Origin: Trypanosoma brucei
Lineage: Eukaryota
DNA length: 64,000 nucleotides
Direction of reading: 5' to 3'
Assembly: GCA_000002445.1 (NCBI GenBank)
Contig: CH464491.1
Location: 3,584,001 to 3,648,000, forward strand
Part shown: positions 10,925-20,283 of the stretch, in pieces
How positions within the stretch are numbered: position 1 is the stretch's first letter
How the letters are laid out: each line of letters opens with the position of its first letter
Position numbers and translations under genes: made by a program
Notes under the pieces: generated by a model
What the model saw: only the letters and a program-made list of their open reading frames with translations
Told to the model about the DNA's origin: nothing
Database searches by the model: none

Positions 10925-12111
10925 ATGCGTTCTGAATTGCACTTTTCCTGTGCATCCGTTGAGGTCGGCTATTTTCAGGGTTGGTTGGTCGTTTGCAACT
11001 TTTGCCATCCGTCGGGTAACAAATTGCCATGTATTTCAGGGAGGTGTGCGAGTCCGAGGATGGTGCGGTGTGTCATGTTGCTGTAGTCCCCCCCCTCCCA
11101 AATGCGGAGGAGCTTGTAGCGTGGAATGAGTTTGCTCAATTTACGTGGTAGCCTTGTTTTTGTGTATCCATATGTAGGGGAGGAGCTGTCAGCAACCCTT
11201 ATGGCCGGAGAGCATACACAGTCAGTACACCGAGGTTGAATGCAGTTGGGGAGCTCTCCGGTTCGATTACAGCGTGGATGCAAGTTGTTGTTTTTGTTCC
11301 CGTGCCCCCATAGTCGTGAAGTTGTGTTGCTCAAGCGCGCTGCGACAGAGTAACTGATGAATCTTTTATTGTACTAAACCTATGTAACCGCCCCTCCTCC
11401 GCAATACACAAAAAAGAGCCACCTTGCAACTAGCTCCGAAAATCGGACTAGCTTTTTTCAGACGTATGCGTTGCCCCACGCTGATACACGGGTTCCGAAT
11501 GCGAGCTATGTCAAGCAACCTTTGTTTAAGTTTGTGGTTGCACCTTTGTAATGCGCCATCGTGGCTATGTGGTTATGCGACCACCTCGCCAGCTGTAGGC
11601 GTCTCCTCTCCCTCATGACCCAAATTTTTGGGATGGAGCGACGGGACGTTGAGTTTTTTTGTTTGCTTAGAAAACATTACTGTACAGCGCTCCACAGAAC
11701 TACGCAGTAGCATCTCCCTGTGGCTGAAGATATCAATTTAGCCGTTAGTGTAAGGTTGGAACCTCAGGTGTTTTGTTATCACGTTTCGGTTCCTTGCGCC
11801 GAGAATTTCCGCGAGTAGAGGTGCCGGTTGTGAATATTTTGTTGCGTAGTTCTATCTTACTGCCTTATCCACATGCTTTAACAGCAGCACCCTAGTGCAA
11901 AGCGAAGTAGGATTTGTGCGCCCCTGAGACAGTGCAGCACGATATGACATTCATTTGTGAAGGTGATGTGGAGGAGAAACCAACAGGTTCCAGTATCGCA
12001 ACCTCTCATATCGGGTGCCAGCAGTTTTGAAAGAACCACCACTGCTGCTGCCATCGGATGTTGTAGACTTCCTATTTGTAAGTGAAGGTGCGGTTTGTTC
12101 GTTTCCCCTAC

Positions 12112-12127
12112 TTTTTTTTTTTTTTAG
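12112..12127 (+). promoter_or_regulatory. T14 polypyrimidine tract plus AG. It is the probable SL trans-splice acceptor for ODC.
   Basis: cttttttttttttttttag at about 155 nt upstream of the ODC ATG. This is the classic trypanosomatid acceptor context. Confidence 0.5.
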
Positions 12128-12282
12128 AGACCGCGGGGAGGGCTTTCCTTGCTTCCCAGAAATATTATGTTTAAACACGCATGTGCGTCGGTAGCAAGCC
12201 TGGTAAAATTTGTCTGTACCATTTCCAATGAAGCGGTAGGGAAAGAGGCGGTACTGGGGAGGGATTAAGCAGTAAGGCAAAT

Positions 12283-13620
12283 ATGACCACCAAATCAACC
12301 CCCTCTTCTCTCTCTGTGAATTGTCTTGTAGCACAAACGGAGAAATCTATGGACATTGTCGTGAACGATGACTTGAGTTGTCGCTTTCTTGAAGGGTTTA
12401 ATACGAGGGATGCCCTCTGTAAAAAGATCAGTATGAATACGTGTGACGAAGGTGATCCGTTTTTTGTTGCCGATCTCGGGGACATTGTAAGGAAGCACGA
12501 AACATGGAAAAAATGCCTTCCCCGCGTCACGCCGTTTTACGCGGTCAAATGCAACGATGACTGGCGCGTACTTGGAACGCTGGCGGCTCTCGGCACGGGA
12601 TTTGATTGTGCTAGCAACACTGAGATACAACGTGTGAGAGGCATTGGTGTGCCACCGGAAAAAATAATATATGCGAACCCTTGTAAACAAAATTCACACA
12701 TACGGTACGCGCGTGATAGCGGCGTTGATGTCATGACATTTGATTGCGTGGATGAACTGGAAAAGGTCGCTAAAACGCATCCAAAGGCAAAGATGGTATT
12801 AAGAATTTCTACGGATGATTCGTTGGCTCGATGCCGTCTCAGTGTGAAGTTTGGTGCAAAGGTGGAAGACTGTAGGTTTATCTTGGAGCAGGCAAAGAAA
12901 CTGAATATCGACGTCACTGGTGTGAGTTTTCACGTGGGAAGCGGATCTACAGATGCCTCTACCTTCGCTCAAGCCATATCTGACTCCCGTTTCGTTTTCG
13001 ACATGGGTACTGAGCTTGGGTTCAATATGCACATTCTTGATATCGGTGGTGGGTTTCCAGGGACGAGGGATGCACCACTTAAATTTGAAGAGATTGCTGG
13101 TGTCATCAACAATGCGCTGGAAAAACATTTTCCACCTGACCTCAAGCTTACCATTGTTGCCGAGCCGGGAAGGTACTACGTTGCTTCAGCTTTCACACTT
13201 GCCGTAAATGTTATTGCCAAGAAGGTGACACCAGGGGTTCAGACCGACGTCGGTGCCCATGCTGAATCAAACGCACAGAGTTTTATGTATTATGTGAATG
13301 ATGGCGTGTATGGTTCATTTAATTGCATCCTGTATGACCACGCAGTCGTCAGGCCTTTGCCCCAGAGGGAGCCAATCCCCAATGAAAAGCTCTATCCCTC
13401 AAGTGTATGGGGTCCCACATGTGATGGTCTTGATCAGATAGTTGAACGATACTATCTTCCCGAGATGCAAGTGGGGGAATGGCTGCTCTTTGAGGATATG
13501 GGTGCCTACACGGTCGTAGGAACTTCTTCCTTTAATGGATTCCAGAGTCCGACTATTTACTATGTAGTCTCCGGGCTACCAGACCATGTTGTCCGGGAGT
13601 TGAAAAGTCAAAAATCATAA
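12283..13620 (+). CDS. ODC: ornithine decarboxylase (PLP-dependent, alanine-racemase fold)
   Basis: 445-aa ATG ORF. It is essentially identical, as far as I can recall, to the published T. brucei ODC ([26 protein letters not shown] ... PFYAVKCND ... [35 protein letters not shown] ... [16 protein letters not shown]). It includes the ~20-aa N-terminal extension, and an alternative internal ATG sits at 12349. It has the PLP-binding lysine motif (FYAVKCN) and the CDG active-site motif. Confidence 0.95.
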   Translation: MTTKSTPSSLSVNCLVAQTEKSMDIVVNDDLSCRFLEGFNTRDALCKKISMNTCDEGDPFFVADLGDIVRKHETWKKCLPRVTPFYAVKCNDDWRVLGTLAALGTGFDCASNTEIQRVRGIGVPPEKIIYANPCKQNSHIRYARDSGVDVMTFDCVDELEKVAKTHPKAKMVLRISTDDSLARCRLSVKFGAKVEDCRFILEQAKKLNIDVTGVSFHVGSGSTDASTFAQAISDSRFVFDMGTELGFNMHILDIGGGFPGTRDAPLKFEEIAGVINNALEKHFPPDLKLTIVAEPGRYYVASAFTLAVNVIAKKVTPGVQTDVGAHAESNAQSFMYYVNDGVYGSFNCILYDHAVVRPLPQREPIPNEKLYPSSVWGPTCDGLDQIVERYYLPEMQVGEWLLFEDMGAYTVVGTSSFNGFQSPTIYYVVSGLPDHVVRELKSQKS

Positions 13621-14763
13621 ATGGAAGCGAAGGTGCATAATACGGGCCCAGCTCGTTGGGTCTCTGAGCAATGAAAGAAGGGGCTTTACCACCAGGTGTT
13701 GCTTCCTTTGGTAATATATTTGGTCTGTTCTTGACCCTGCTGTTAGCTTTTTGCCCTTTGTGAGCTTAACGACTCAACTATCAGCGACTACATCTCACAA
13801 GTCATATGTCCATGACTCCCCCAAAATAGGCTCCGTGAGGGCCCTGTGACGGGGGTACATTGAAGCCTCTGGAGTTGTTGAGAGACAGAAGACAGTCGTG
13901 TGTGTTTGTGTGAGGGAGTGATTAGTGGAAAATTCAATGAACAGAGGAAAATAGGGAGCAAGTTTTTGGTATTGATAGGGATGCTTGTAATGGTAACTTT
14001 TTACTTAATTTTTTGAGTTGTACGTGACTGAATGCAGGCAACAGTTTACTGGTAGTTGCGTTTTTCCTTTCAGTTGTGCAGTTGGACATTCAAATGTCGA
14101 GCACTTTTCTGTTGTTTGACAACCCATCTTCATTTTCCCTGTGGTGTAGCATATTGCAACTGGCCGCATAGACAAGGTGGGAAAGGTATAGGTCTCAACA
14201 TCTTTAGTTTAGGCTTCTGCTTATTTGTTATAATTTTGATTAATGTGGTGTGGGGAGTGCCCCGAAAAAAAAAAAAACGAAAAACATTGTATTGTACGTT
14301 CTGTAAAGGCACGACAACGTAAGTGGGCCTCTGGGAGCTGGAAACGGGGGTTGCGGCCAAGCTGTGGCTTCACGTATTGGTCGGTGGAAGCTGCTTTCCG
14401 TAGTGTAGCTGACTTCATTCACGAAGGAAGGGGATCATAATAATGTATGTTGACCATCCTCCCTTCGGTGGTGAGCTGTTTGGCTATCCCGTAGCTATCG
14501 AAACGAGTAGGGAACAATTATTAGAGTCGTGTCAAATCGTTTTCCGTAGTGCCACAAACGAGAGAAGTGGGTGCGGAAGTGTTCGGAATAGGTGAGCAGA
14601 CAACGACCTTCCTCCGCTCGACCGCTTGATATGTTGTCAAACGTGGTCGATCGGTGGGAAAAGAGATGGTTCACCTTTCTTGGGAGGAGATGCGTTTCAC
14701 GATTTTTCTTAGCATTGTCCTGTCGCCTAATGATACGTCCTAACGTAGTGGAGTGTGTGTATA

Positions 14764-14775
14764 GGGGGGGGGGGG
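14764..14775 (+). repeat. G12 homopolymer in the ODC-GRESAG4 intergenic region
   Basis: Read directly: gtatag, then 12 g, then cggctgccgcg. Confidence 0.9.
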
Positions 14776-16638
14776 CGGCTGCCGCGCTGTGTGAACTGGC
14801 CGCAATGGTATCTTCCATTAGGTTAGATCTACGGAGTGAGTGACCCGAAGAGCCTGACATGGGCATGAAGCGCTCGCAAACTAGGTGTCGATGATTGTTT
14901 TCCCCTGCCGAGTCCGGTTGTCCGATTATACAAGAATTTTGACGTTATGAGGGCAAAGACGGAACCCATTTATTGGGCGGAACGCTCTTGTAGGATGATT
15001 CCACCTTGCTTGCGAAGGGATGATCTTCTTCGCATAGTGGGTACAGTGGCCGTTGCTTTTTATTTGAGCTGACATTTCGATATTACCGTTTCCAGGGCGC
15101 ACCACCTTGATTCACGATTGCGTAAAGGTGAGTGCGCAGACTCTTTTGTCCATCCTTTTTAGCGGTGCGAAGTCTAGTAATAATTTAAATACCCCTTCGA
15201 TACGTGTGTATGATCTTCCCCTTTCACCAACTGAGTGTTTAGGAACTAAGCACTGGGTATTGGAGTAAAGAAGCGCGTGTACGGGTGCCACTGTGCTGTA
15301 CTGTATCTGCGCAAGCTGGTTATTTTCCACGGGGAGGAGCCTTTGACGCGTGGGCTGTGCCAGCCAACGGCCACCTTCCTGGATTATTTCGTTGGGGCAT
15401 CATCATTGGAAATTTATTTGGATCACATCAACTCTGACAATCCTACCCATGCTCCGGGAGCCTATGCGAGCGGTCTTTCTTACGTTACCTCTGCACATAT
15501 TTTGTCATCCGTTAGGTGTCTAGCTTCATATAACATTTGAGGGTACATTCCTCTGTCTCAGATGTCATTGTCACTCATCCCTTTGATCAGCATGGGGAGG
15601 TGTTGGAGCTCGGATGGCGATTGAAGAGGGAATAGCGCGCGTTCTCCATGCGCAGATGGAGGTAATGGGCCAAGAAAATTTGAGTGTGCGTAATTTCTTG
15701 TGACCTTCTAACCAAGGGACGGTGTGCTCCCTGGAGCCACTGGGGCTTACTTTCTGCACTTCATGCAGGCTTATACCACACGTTCTGGAACGGGGGTTGC
15801 CTCGCCTTCATGAGGTGGTAGCTATCCTTTCGCTCGGTAGTCATGGGGCTGATTCCTATTTCTTCACGCGCTAACTGCCGAAATTAGAACTGTTATGACA
15901 AACTGGAGTGGCCGCGACAAGATGCTTTCTACAGGATTCAATGGAGTATCTTGACTTCGTGCGAGCTACGTCCACTTACTTCCAAACACACCGAAACAGC
16001 AGAGTCTGAACCAGCAATTCGGTGTTGCGCGCGTGTGTGGGAGGAAACGGCGTGTGGATTCGTGTTGCCACTTTTATGAGATGGGGATTGTATGTAACGT
16101 AACAACACTAAATATGCGATGCCGAAAACTGGGGATGAGCGACTCAGTCACGAAGACCACAGAAGTATTCAGTTGGGAGCGGGGGCTCATTTCTCAACCA
16201 AACTATATTCTCCAGGTCGCGACTCAGTAGGTGACAGTATAAGGGGCCTTATTCGTCTTTTGGTATTCCTACTGGACGTGATGCTTGCTTTTGTGTAGCC
16301 TGTGGTGTCATCCCTCCCATGTGACAGCAGGAATGAGATGCCGCAAATCGTGTTGGACTCCCGTCTTTTTGTAATTAACTCGCTGCGGCCCCCACACGGG
16401 ACTCCGCATCGCAGCATGAACCGATGCCTGAGCTTCGGTCCTCTTCAGTCGATCGGCGCACTGCCACAGGAAAATTTTGCTTTATCATTCCTAACACCGC
16501 TTTGTCTCTCAGTTCGTAATCTGCTCTCCGTTTCAAACCTGTTTTCTGAAGGACATACACGTAGGCAACAACGAAAACGATTACAAAAGTACCTCAGTGA
16601 AAGAGTTTCCGAGTGGTGCTATTTATACTTGCGGGGAG

Positions 16639-19600
16639 ATGACCACCACGAAGGCTTCGTGTCTTATATCCAGTGACAGTGCCCTTCGCCGAAATTCCAT
16701 TGTCGCCACGGCACCATTGCTGCTGCTACTGGCGCTAACGTTGCCTGTCGGTAATGGGGAGGTCACGCAAGTGAACGTCCTATCTCTCATGTACACCACT
16801 GAATTTCCCGTGGAGGACGCCGTTTTATTTGATAAAGGACTTAACGTTTCATTAATGGCGCGCCGTTTGGAGCTCAAGGGGCAAGTGAAAGTTGAGTTTA
16901 TTCGTCCTGCAGCACCTAACTCTCCAATAGATGTCGCAATCGAGCAGGGTGCTCAGCAGAGTGTAGGCAAACTATTGCTTGTTCTTGGTCCGCTGGGCGA
17001 CGATAACATCCAAATATTTAAAGGTGCGATGGAAGAGCATGAGTTAGTCGCCTTTACCCCTATTGCCACTTCAAGTGAGGGCTACGGCTGGGATCCTCAT
17101 CTCTACTACTTGACTGTTGGGCCGGATGCCGAGCTGATGGCTCTCGTTCGCTACGCTGTTGGTGTGTTGGGTCTTCAGCGGGTAGGCGTGATGTACGTGA
17201 AAGATACGTCGTTCAGCAGGAAATCATTTGAGTTCGTGGAGAAGCTGATGATGAGGATGGGTCACAACATAAGTTGCGTGTTCGCCCCAGAAAGTGGCTT
17301 CTCTTCTGCAGGTAATAAGGTCTCTTTGGACTCGGAATGGGAGCAATTCGCCGCTGCACTTCCACAGGCGATACTGTTGCTTGGTCCGCGCGGCCGCGAT
17401 AGTAGATGGTTTGTCATGCGGGTAGCAGAGGACAATCGGACATCGCGCTCACATTTGCTTGCGCAGTCAGGGTTACAGAGCTTTTTGCTGAAGACATGGT
17501 GCGAAGCATTGGAGGCGACGGGCGCTGAGTTTAGGACTGGACAGGTGATCTTCTCAGGGACGAATCCTCTGGCATGCGACACAGAGTACAAGGCGGTACA
17601 ACGGTTTATCGATGAAACAAAAAGGTATCTAGGAAACGAGGAGGAGGGGAGTGAGGACGCAGGGGCGGGAGGCCTCTCCAATGATACTGGGGGAGAGATG
17701 ATGATGCTTGGTTGGATGACTGGTGAGGTCATTTCTGCGGCACTGGGCAACAGTAGGGTTGTGAGCAACCGCACAGCTTTTATGGAATCCTTATATTATC
17801 AACGTCGTTACGTAGTAGATGACCTCGTGATCGGTGATTACGGCAACGAATGTGGGGAGGAGGCAATTCGGCAGGGTGCTGTCTGCCGCTGCAACCAGGG
17901 TGGAAGTATGGTTTACATGAAGGAAATGGTTAGTAAGACCCTGCTAAGGCCAGTGACTGCGGGTTATGTGACTTTAGGTATGTCGCGGTGCTCGAGGGAA
18001 TCTTTGCAACTTAATGCGCCTTTAAATGCTCTTCTTCTGCTTATGCAGGACGATGACGTTGCGCTAAGAGCAAACGTGGATTGGGACGTTGGCGCATCTG
18101 CTAGTGTGGGGAACGGGCACCTCACCGTGCATGACAGACTGTTTTTACACTCTTTCCTTGCGACATCAGACGCCGCCGCCAGTATTCTGCAGCAGCTGCT
18201 CAGTGTCAGGATTGTGTCGGCTGTGTTTGGTGTCGTCAGCGACGACATGCTCGAAATAGAGGGTATGACTTTCTTCGATCCGATAACAACTACTCCCCGT
18301 CTAACTAAGCCGAGGAAAAATGTTATTTACCTCTCTCCCACGATGGAACAGCAACTTTATGTGCTTGCAGAGTACCTTTACAGCAATCCGCCCCCGAGTG
18401 TCAAAGCCATCATACGGAGCAAGGAGGCTTCCGAAATTTCAAAGCTGCTGAGAAAGACGCTTCTAACGTTTGATGCCCCTTTGAGCCCCGCAGACATCCT
18501 TGATGATGATGATGAATTGGGCGACTACCTTCCGACGGAGGGAGATGTAATGGTCATCGGCCTCACCAAGTCTGATGTGGGGACGATCGCGGAGCACCTC
18601 GAGACTTTTGAGGAGAGTCGGGTGTTTTTGATCTTCTCTGAATTAGCGTTGCTGTTTGAGGAGTTGAGAGCGGCATTCAGGAACAAAGCGTCCGCCCATC
18701 GCCTCGTGTTTGCTACCAACTTACCCCACTGGGCGGAAATCGAAATGCCAACGGACCGAGTAGATAATCTTAATTCTGTCGTCCCAGATCGGTCACTGTG
18801 GTCTCCCATGGCGTTGCTCGGTTTCGTCACCGGACGGTTGATGGAGTCAATTTTGGAGCGCATGGAGAACGTGAACCCTGGACTACTGGCGGATTTATTC
18901 TTCAAGGAGAGCCTCATTACTGTCGACGGAATGTGGTACGGACCGTACACTGATGATTGTGATATCGGCAAACCAATTGAAGGAAACCACTGCATCCATA
19001 ATTATGGAGCCACGCATATATCCGTGTGGTCGATGGCCCGTGTACTGAGATCGGACGTTCCACTGCTACAAAATCCCACAACACCATCGATGGAATACAT
19101 CGACCCCGACGCTATTGTATTGACTGGTGCGGCCATCGCTGGCATTGGCATTGCTGTGTTCGCCTCCTTGTTGCTCCTCGCCGCGCTTGGGGCCTTATTA
19201 TACTTTACGATGAACAGAACCCGTGACAACGCCAGTGCGCCGAAGGAGCCGATGGAGCCCGTCACGATCATCTTTACTGACATTGAAAGCAGCACTGCTA
19301 TATGGGCTGCACACCCTGAGCTGATGCCCGATGCCGTTGCCGCTCACCACCGCGTAATCCGCCGCTTGATTGAAAAATACGACTGCTACGAGGTGAAAAC
19401 CGTTGGCGACTCGTTCATGATTGCTTGCAAAGGTGCGTACCCGGCCGCGCGGCTCGTGTGGGAGCTCCAAGTATCGTTCTTGAATCATGATTGGGGAACA
19501 GGCGTGTTTGATGAGATTTATCGTGACGCTGAAAGGGAGAGGCGGTCAGAGGACCGTGAATACAACCCACCAACTGCATATCTGGACTCCGAAGTGTACA

Positions 19601-20283
19601 GTCGTTTGTGGAATGGCCTGCGTGTACGTGTTGGAATCCACACCGGATTGTGCGACATCCGACGCGATGAGGTAACGAAGGGTTACGACTACTACGGCCA
19701 GACAACAAATATGGCTGCGCGGACGGAGAGCGTGGCAAATGGCGGTCAGGTGCTGATGACGCGTGGGACGTACTTTTCGCTTAGCTCAACTGAGCGTCAA
19801 GAGTTTGGTGTCACGTCTCTCGGCTTGGTTCCGCTCCGCGGTGTGCCCGAACCCGTGGAGATGTACCAGTTGGATGCCGTTGCCGGCCGTGTCTTTGCCC
19901 CGCTACGCTTTGATAGAGAAGCCTGTTGCGAGCAGGAGGACGGGACTAGCACTTCCGCCAGTGACCACGGCTCCACAGTGGCCGAGCTAAGTGAATCAGC
20001 TCAGTGGGTTGTTGCTTCTTTGCGGGCTGTGCTTCGCGCATTCAGCACATCTCAGCGCCAAAAACTGCTTATGCCCATTTGTGAGCGTTGGAACGTGTCG
20101 ATACCGCGAAAACCTCTGCCCATGTGGGGTGAAGAACACTGTGAGGCGATTATGCGGTCTATCGGGGCAAAGATTGGCTCCGTCGTGGACCACCCCGCCG
20201 CAACTGACGCCACGATGACGGGGAGCACTGTGACAAATGATTCGGTGATATTCATATCCGGAAACCCCGAAGCGCAGCGGTGA
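16639..20283 (+). CDS. GRESAG4: receptor-type adenylate cyclase (GRESAG4 family). It has an extracellular periplasmic-binding-protein-like domain, a single TM, and a class III cyclase catalytic domain.
   Basis: The track ORF starts on GTG at 16597, and the first in-frame ATG is at 16639 (MTTTKASCLISS...). The N-terminal signal peptide is ATAPLLLLLALTLPVGNG. The TM helix is TGAAIAGIGIAVFASLLLLAALGALLYF. The catalytic core is VTIIFTDIESSTAIWAAHPELMPDAVAAHHRVIRRLIEKYDCYEVKTVGDSFMIACK ... YGQTTNMAARTES, which is typical of trypanosome GRESAG4/ESAG4 cyclases. Confidence 0.9.
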   Translation: MTTTKASCLISSDSALRRNSIVATAPLLLLLALTLPVGNGEVTQVNVLSLMYTTEFPVEDAVLFDKGLNVSLMARRLELKGQVKVEFIRPAAPNSPIDVAIEQGAQQSVGKLLLVLGPLGDDNIQIFKGAMEEHELVAFTPIATSSEGYGWDPHLYYLTVGPDAELMALVRYAVGVLGLQRVGVMYVKDTSFSRKSFEFVEKLMMRMGHNISCVFAPESGFSSAGNKVSLDSEWEQFAAALPQAILLLGPRGRDSRWFVMRVAEDNRTSRSHLLAQSGLQSFLLKTWCEALEATGAEFRTGQVIFSGTNPLACDTEYKAVQRFIDETKRYLGNEEEGSEDAGAGGLSNDTGGEMMMLGWMTGEVISAALGNSRVVSNRTAFMESLYYQRRYVVDDLVIGDYGNECGEEAIRQGAVCRCNQGGSMVYMKEMVSKTLLRPVTAGYVTLGMSRCSRESLQLNAPLNALLLLMQDDDVALRANVDWDVGASASVGNGHLTVHDRLFLHSFLATSDAAASILQQLLSVRIVSAVFGVVSDDMLEIEGMTFFDPITTTPRLTKPRKNVIYLSPTMEQQLYVLAEYLYSNPPPSVKAIIRSKEASEISKLLRKTLLTFDAPLSPADILDDDDELGDYLPTEGDVMVIGLTKSDVGTIAEHLETFEESRVFLIFSELALLFEELRAAFRNKASAHRLVFATNLPHWAEIEMPTDRVDNLNSVVPDRSLWSPMALLGFVTGRLMESILERMENVNPGLLADLFFKESLITVDGMWYGPYTDDCDIGKPIEGNHCIHNYGATHISVWSMARVLRSDVPLLQNPTTPSMEYIDPDAIVLTGAAIAGIGIAVFASLLLLAALGALLYFTMNRTRDNASAPKEPMEPVTIIFTDIESSTAIWAAHPELMPDAVAAHHRVIRRLIEKYDCYEVKTVGDSFMIACKGAYPAARLVWELQVSFLNHDWGTGVFDEIYRDAERERRSEDREYNPPTAYLDSEVYSRLWNGLRVRVGIHTGLCDIRRDEVTKGYDYYGQTTNMAARTESVANGGQVLMTRGTYFSLSSTERQEFGVTSLGLVPLRGVPEPVEMYQLDAVAGRVFAPLRFDREACCEQEDGTSTSASDHGSTVAELSESAQWVVASLRAVLRAFSTSQRQKLLMPICERWNVSIPRKPLPMWGEEHCEAIMRSIGAKIGSVVDHPAATDATMTGSTVTNDSVIFISGNPEAQR

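Larger units (their letters stand above)
8056..12282. promoter_or_regulatory. Divergent strand-switch region between the minus-strand and plus-strand gene arrays. It is a putative bidirectional RNA polymerase II transcription start region.
   Basis: Genes to the left are all minus-strand and genes to the right are all plus-strand. There is no conserved ORF in 4.2 kb. The plus strand is A/C-rich at ~9000-9300 (GT-rich on the strand transcribed leftward) and G/T-rich at ~10600-11300 (GT-rich on the strand transcribed rightward). There is a GC-rich island at ~9950-11300 and G10, G15 and C8 runs. Confidence 0.7.

Noticed and set aside
9955-11129. ATG ORFs of 165-214 aa in the GC-rich island (9955..10452 minus, 10196..10840 plus, 10587..11129 plus).
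   Set aside because: They overlap one another in different frames and strands. They are P/R/G/S-rich and low-complexity with no domain. This is the expected by-product of GC-rich non-coding DNA.
11245-11275. tRNA T-loop-like motif ggttcgattac.
   Set aside because: The flanks cannot form a T-stem, and no acceptor or D-arm or A-box is found at the right spacing, on either strand. It is not a tRNA.
12295-13128. Minus-strand ORFs antisense to ODC: 12295..12690 (131 aa), 12537..12917 (126 aa) and 12799..13128 (109 aa).
   Set aside because: They are antisense to a gene identified with near-certainty. They have low-complexity, unrecognisable sequences in a plus-strand polycistron.
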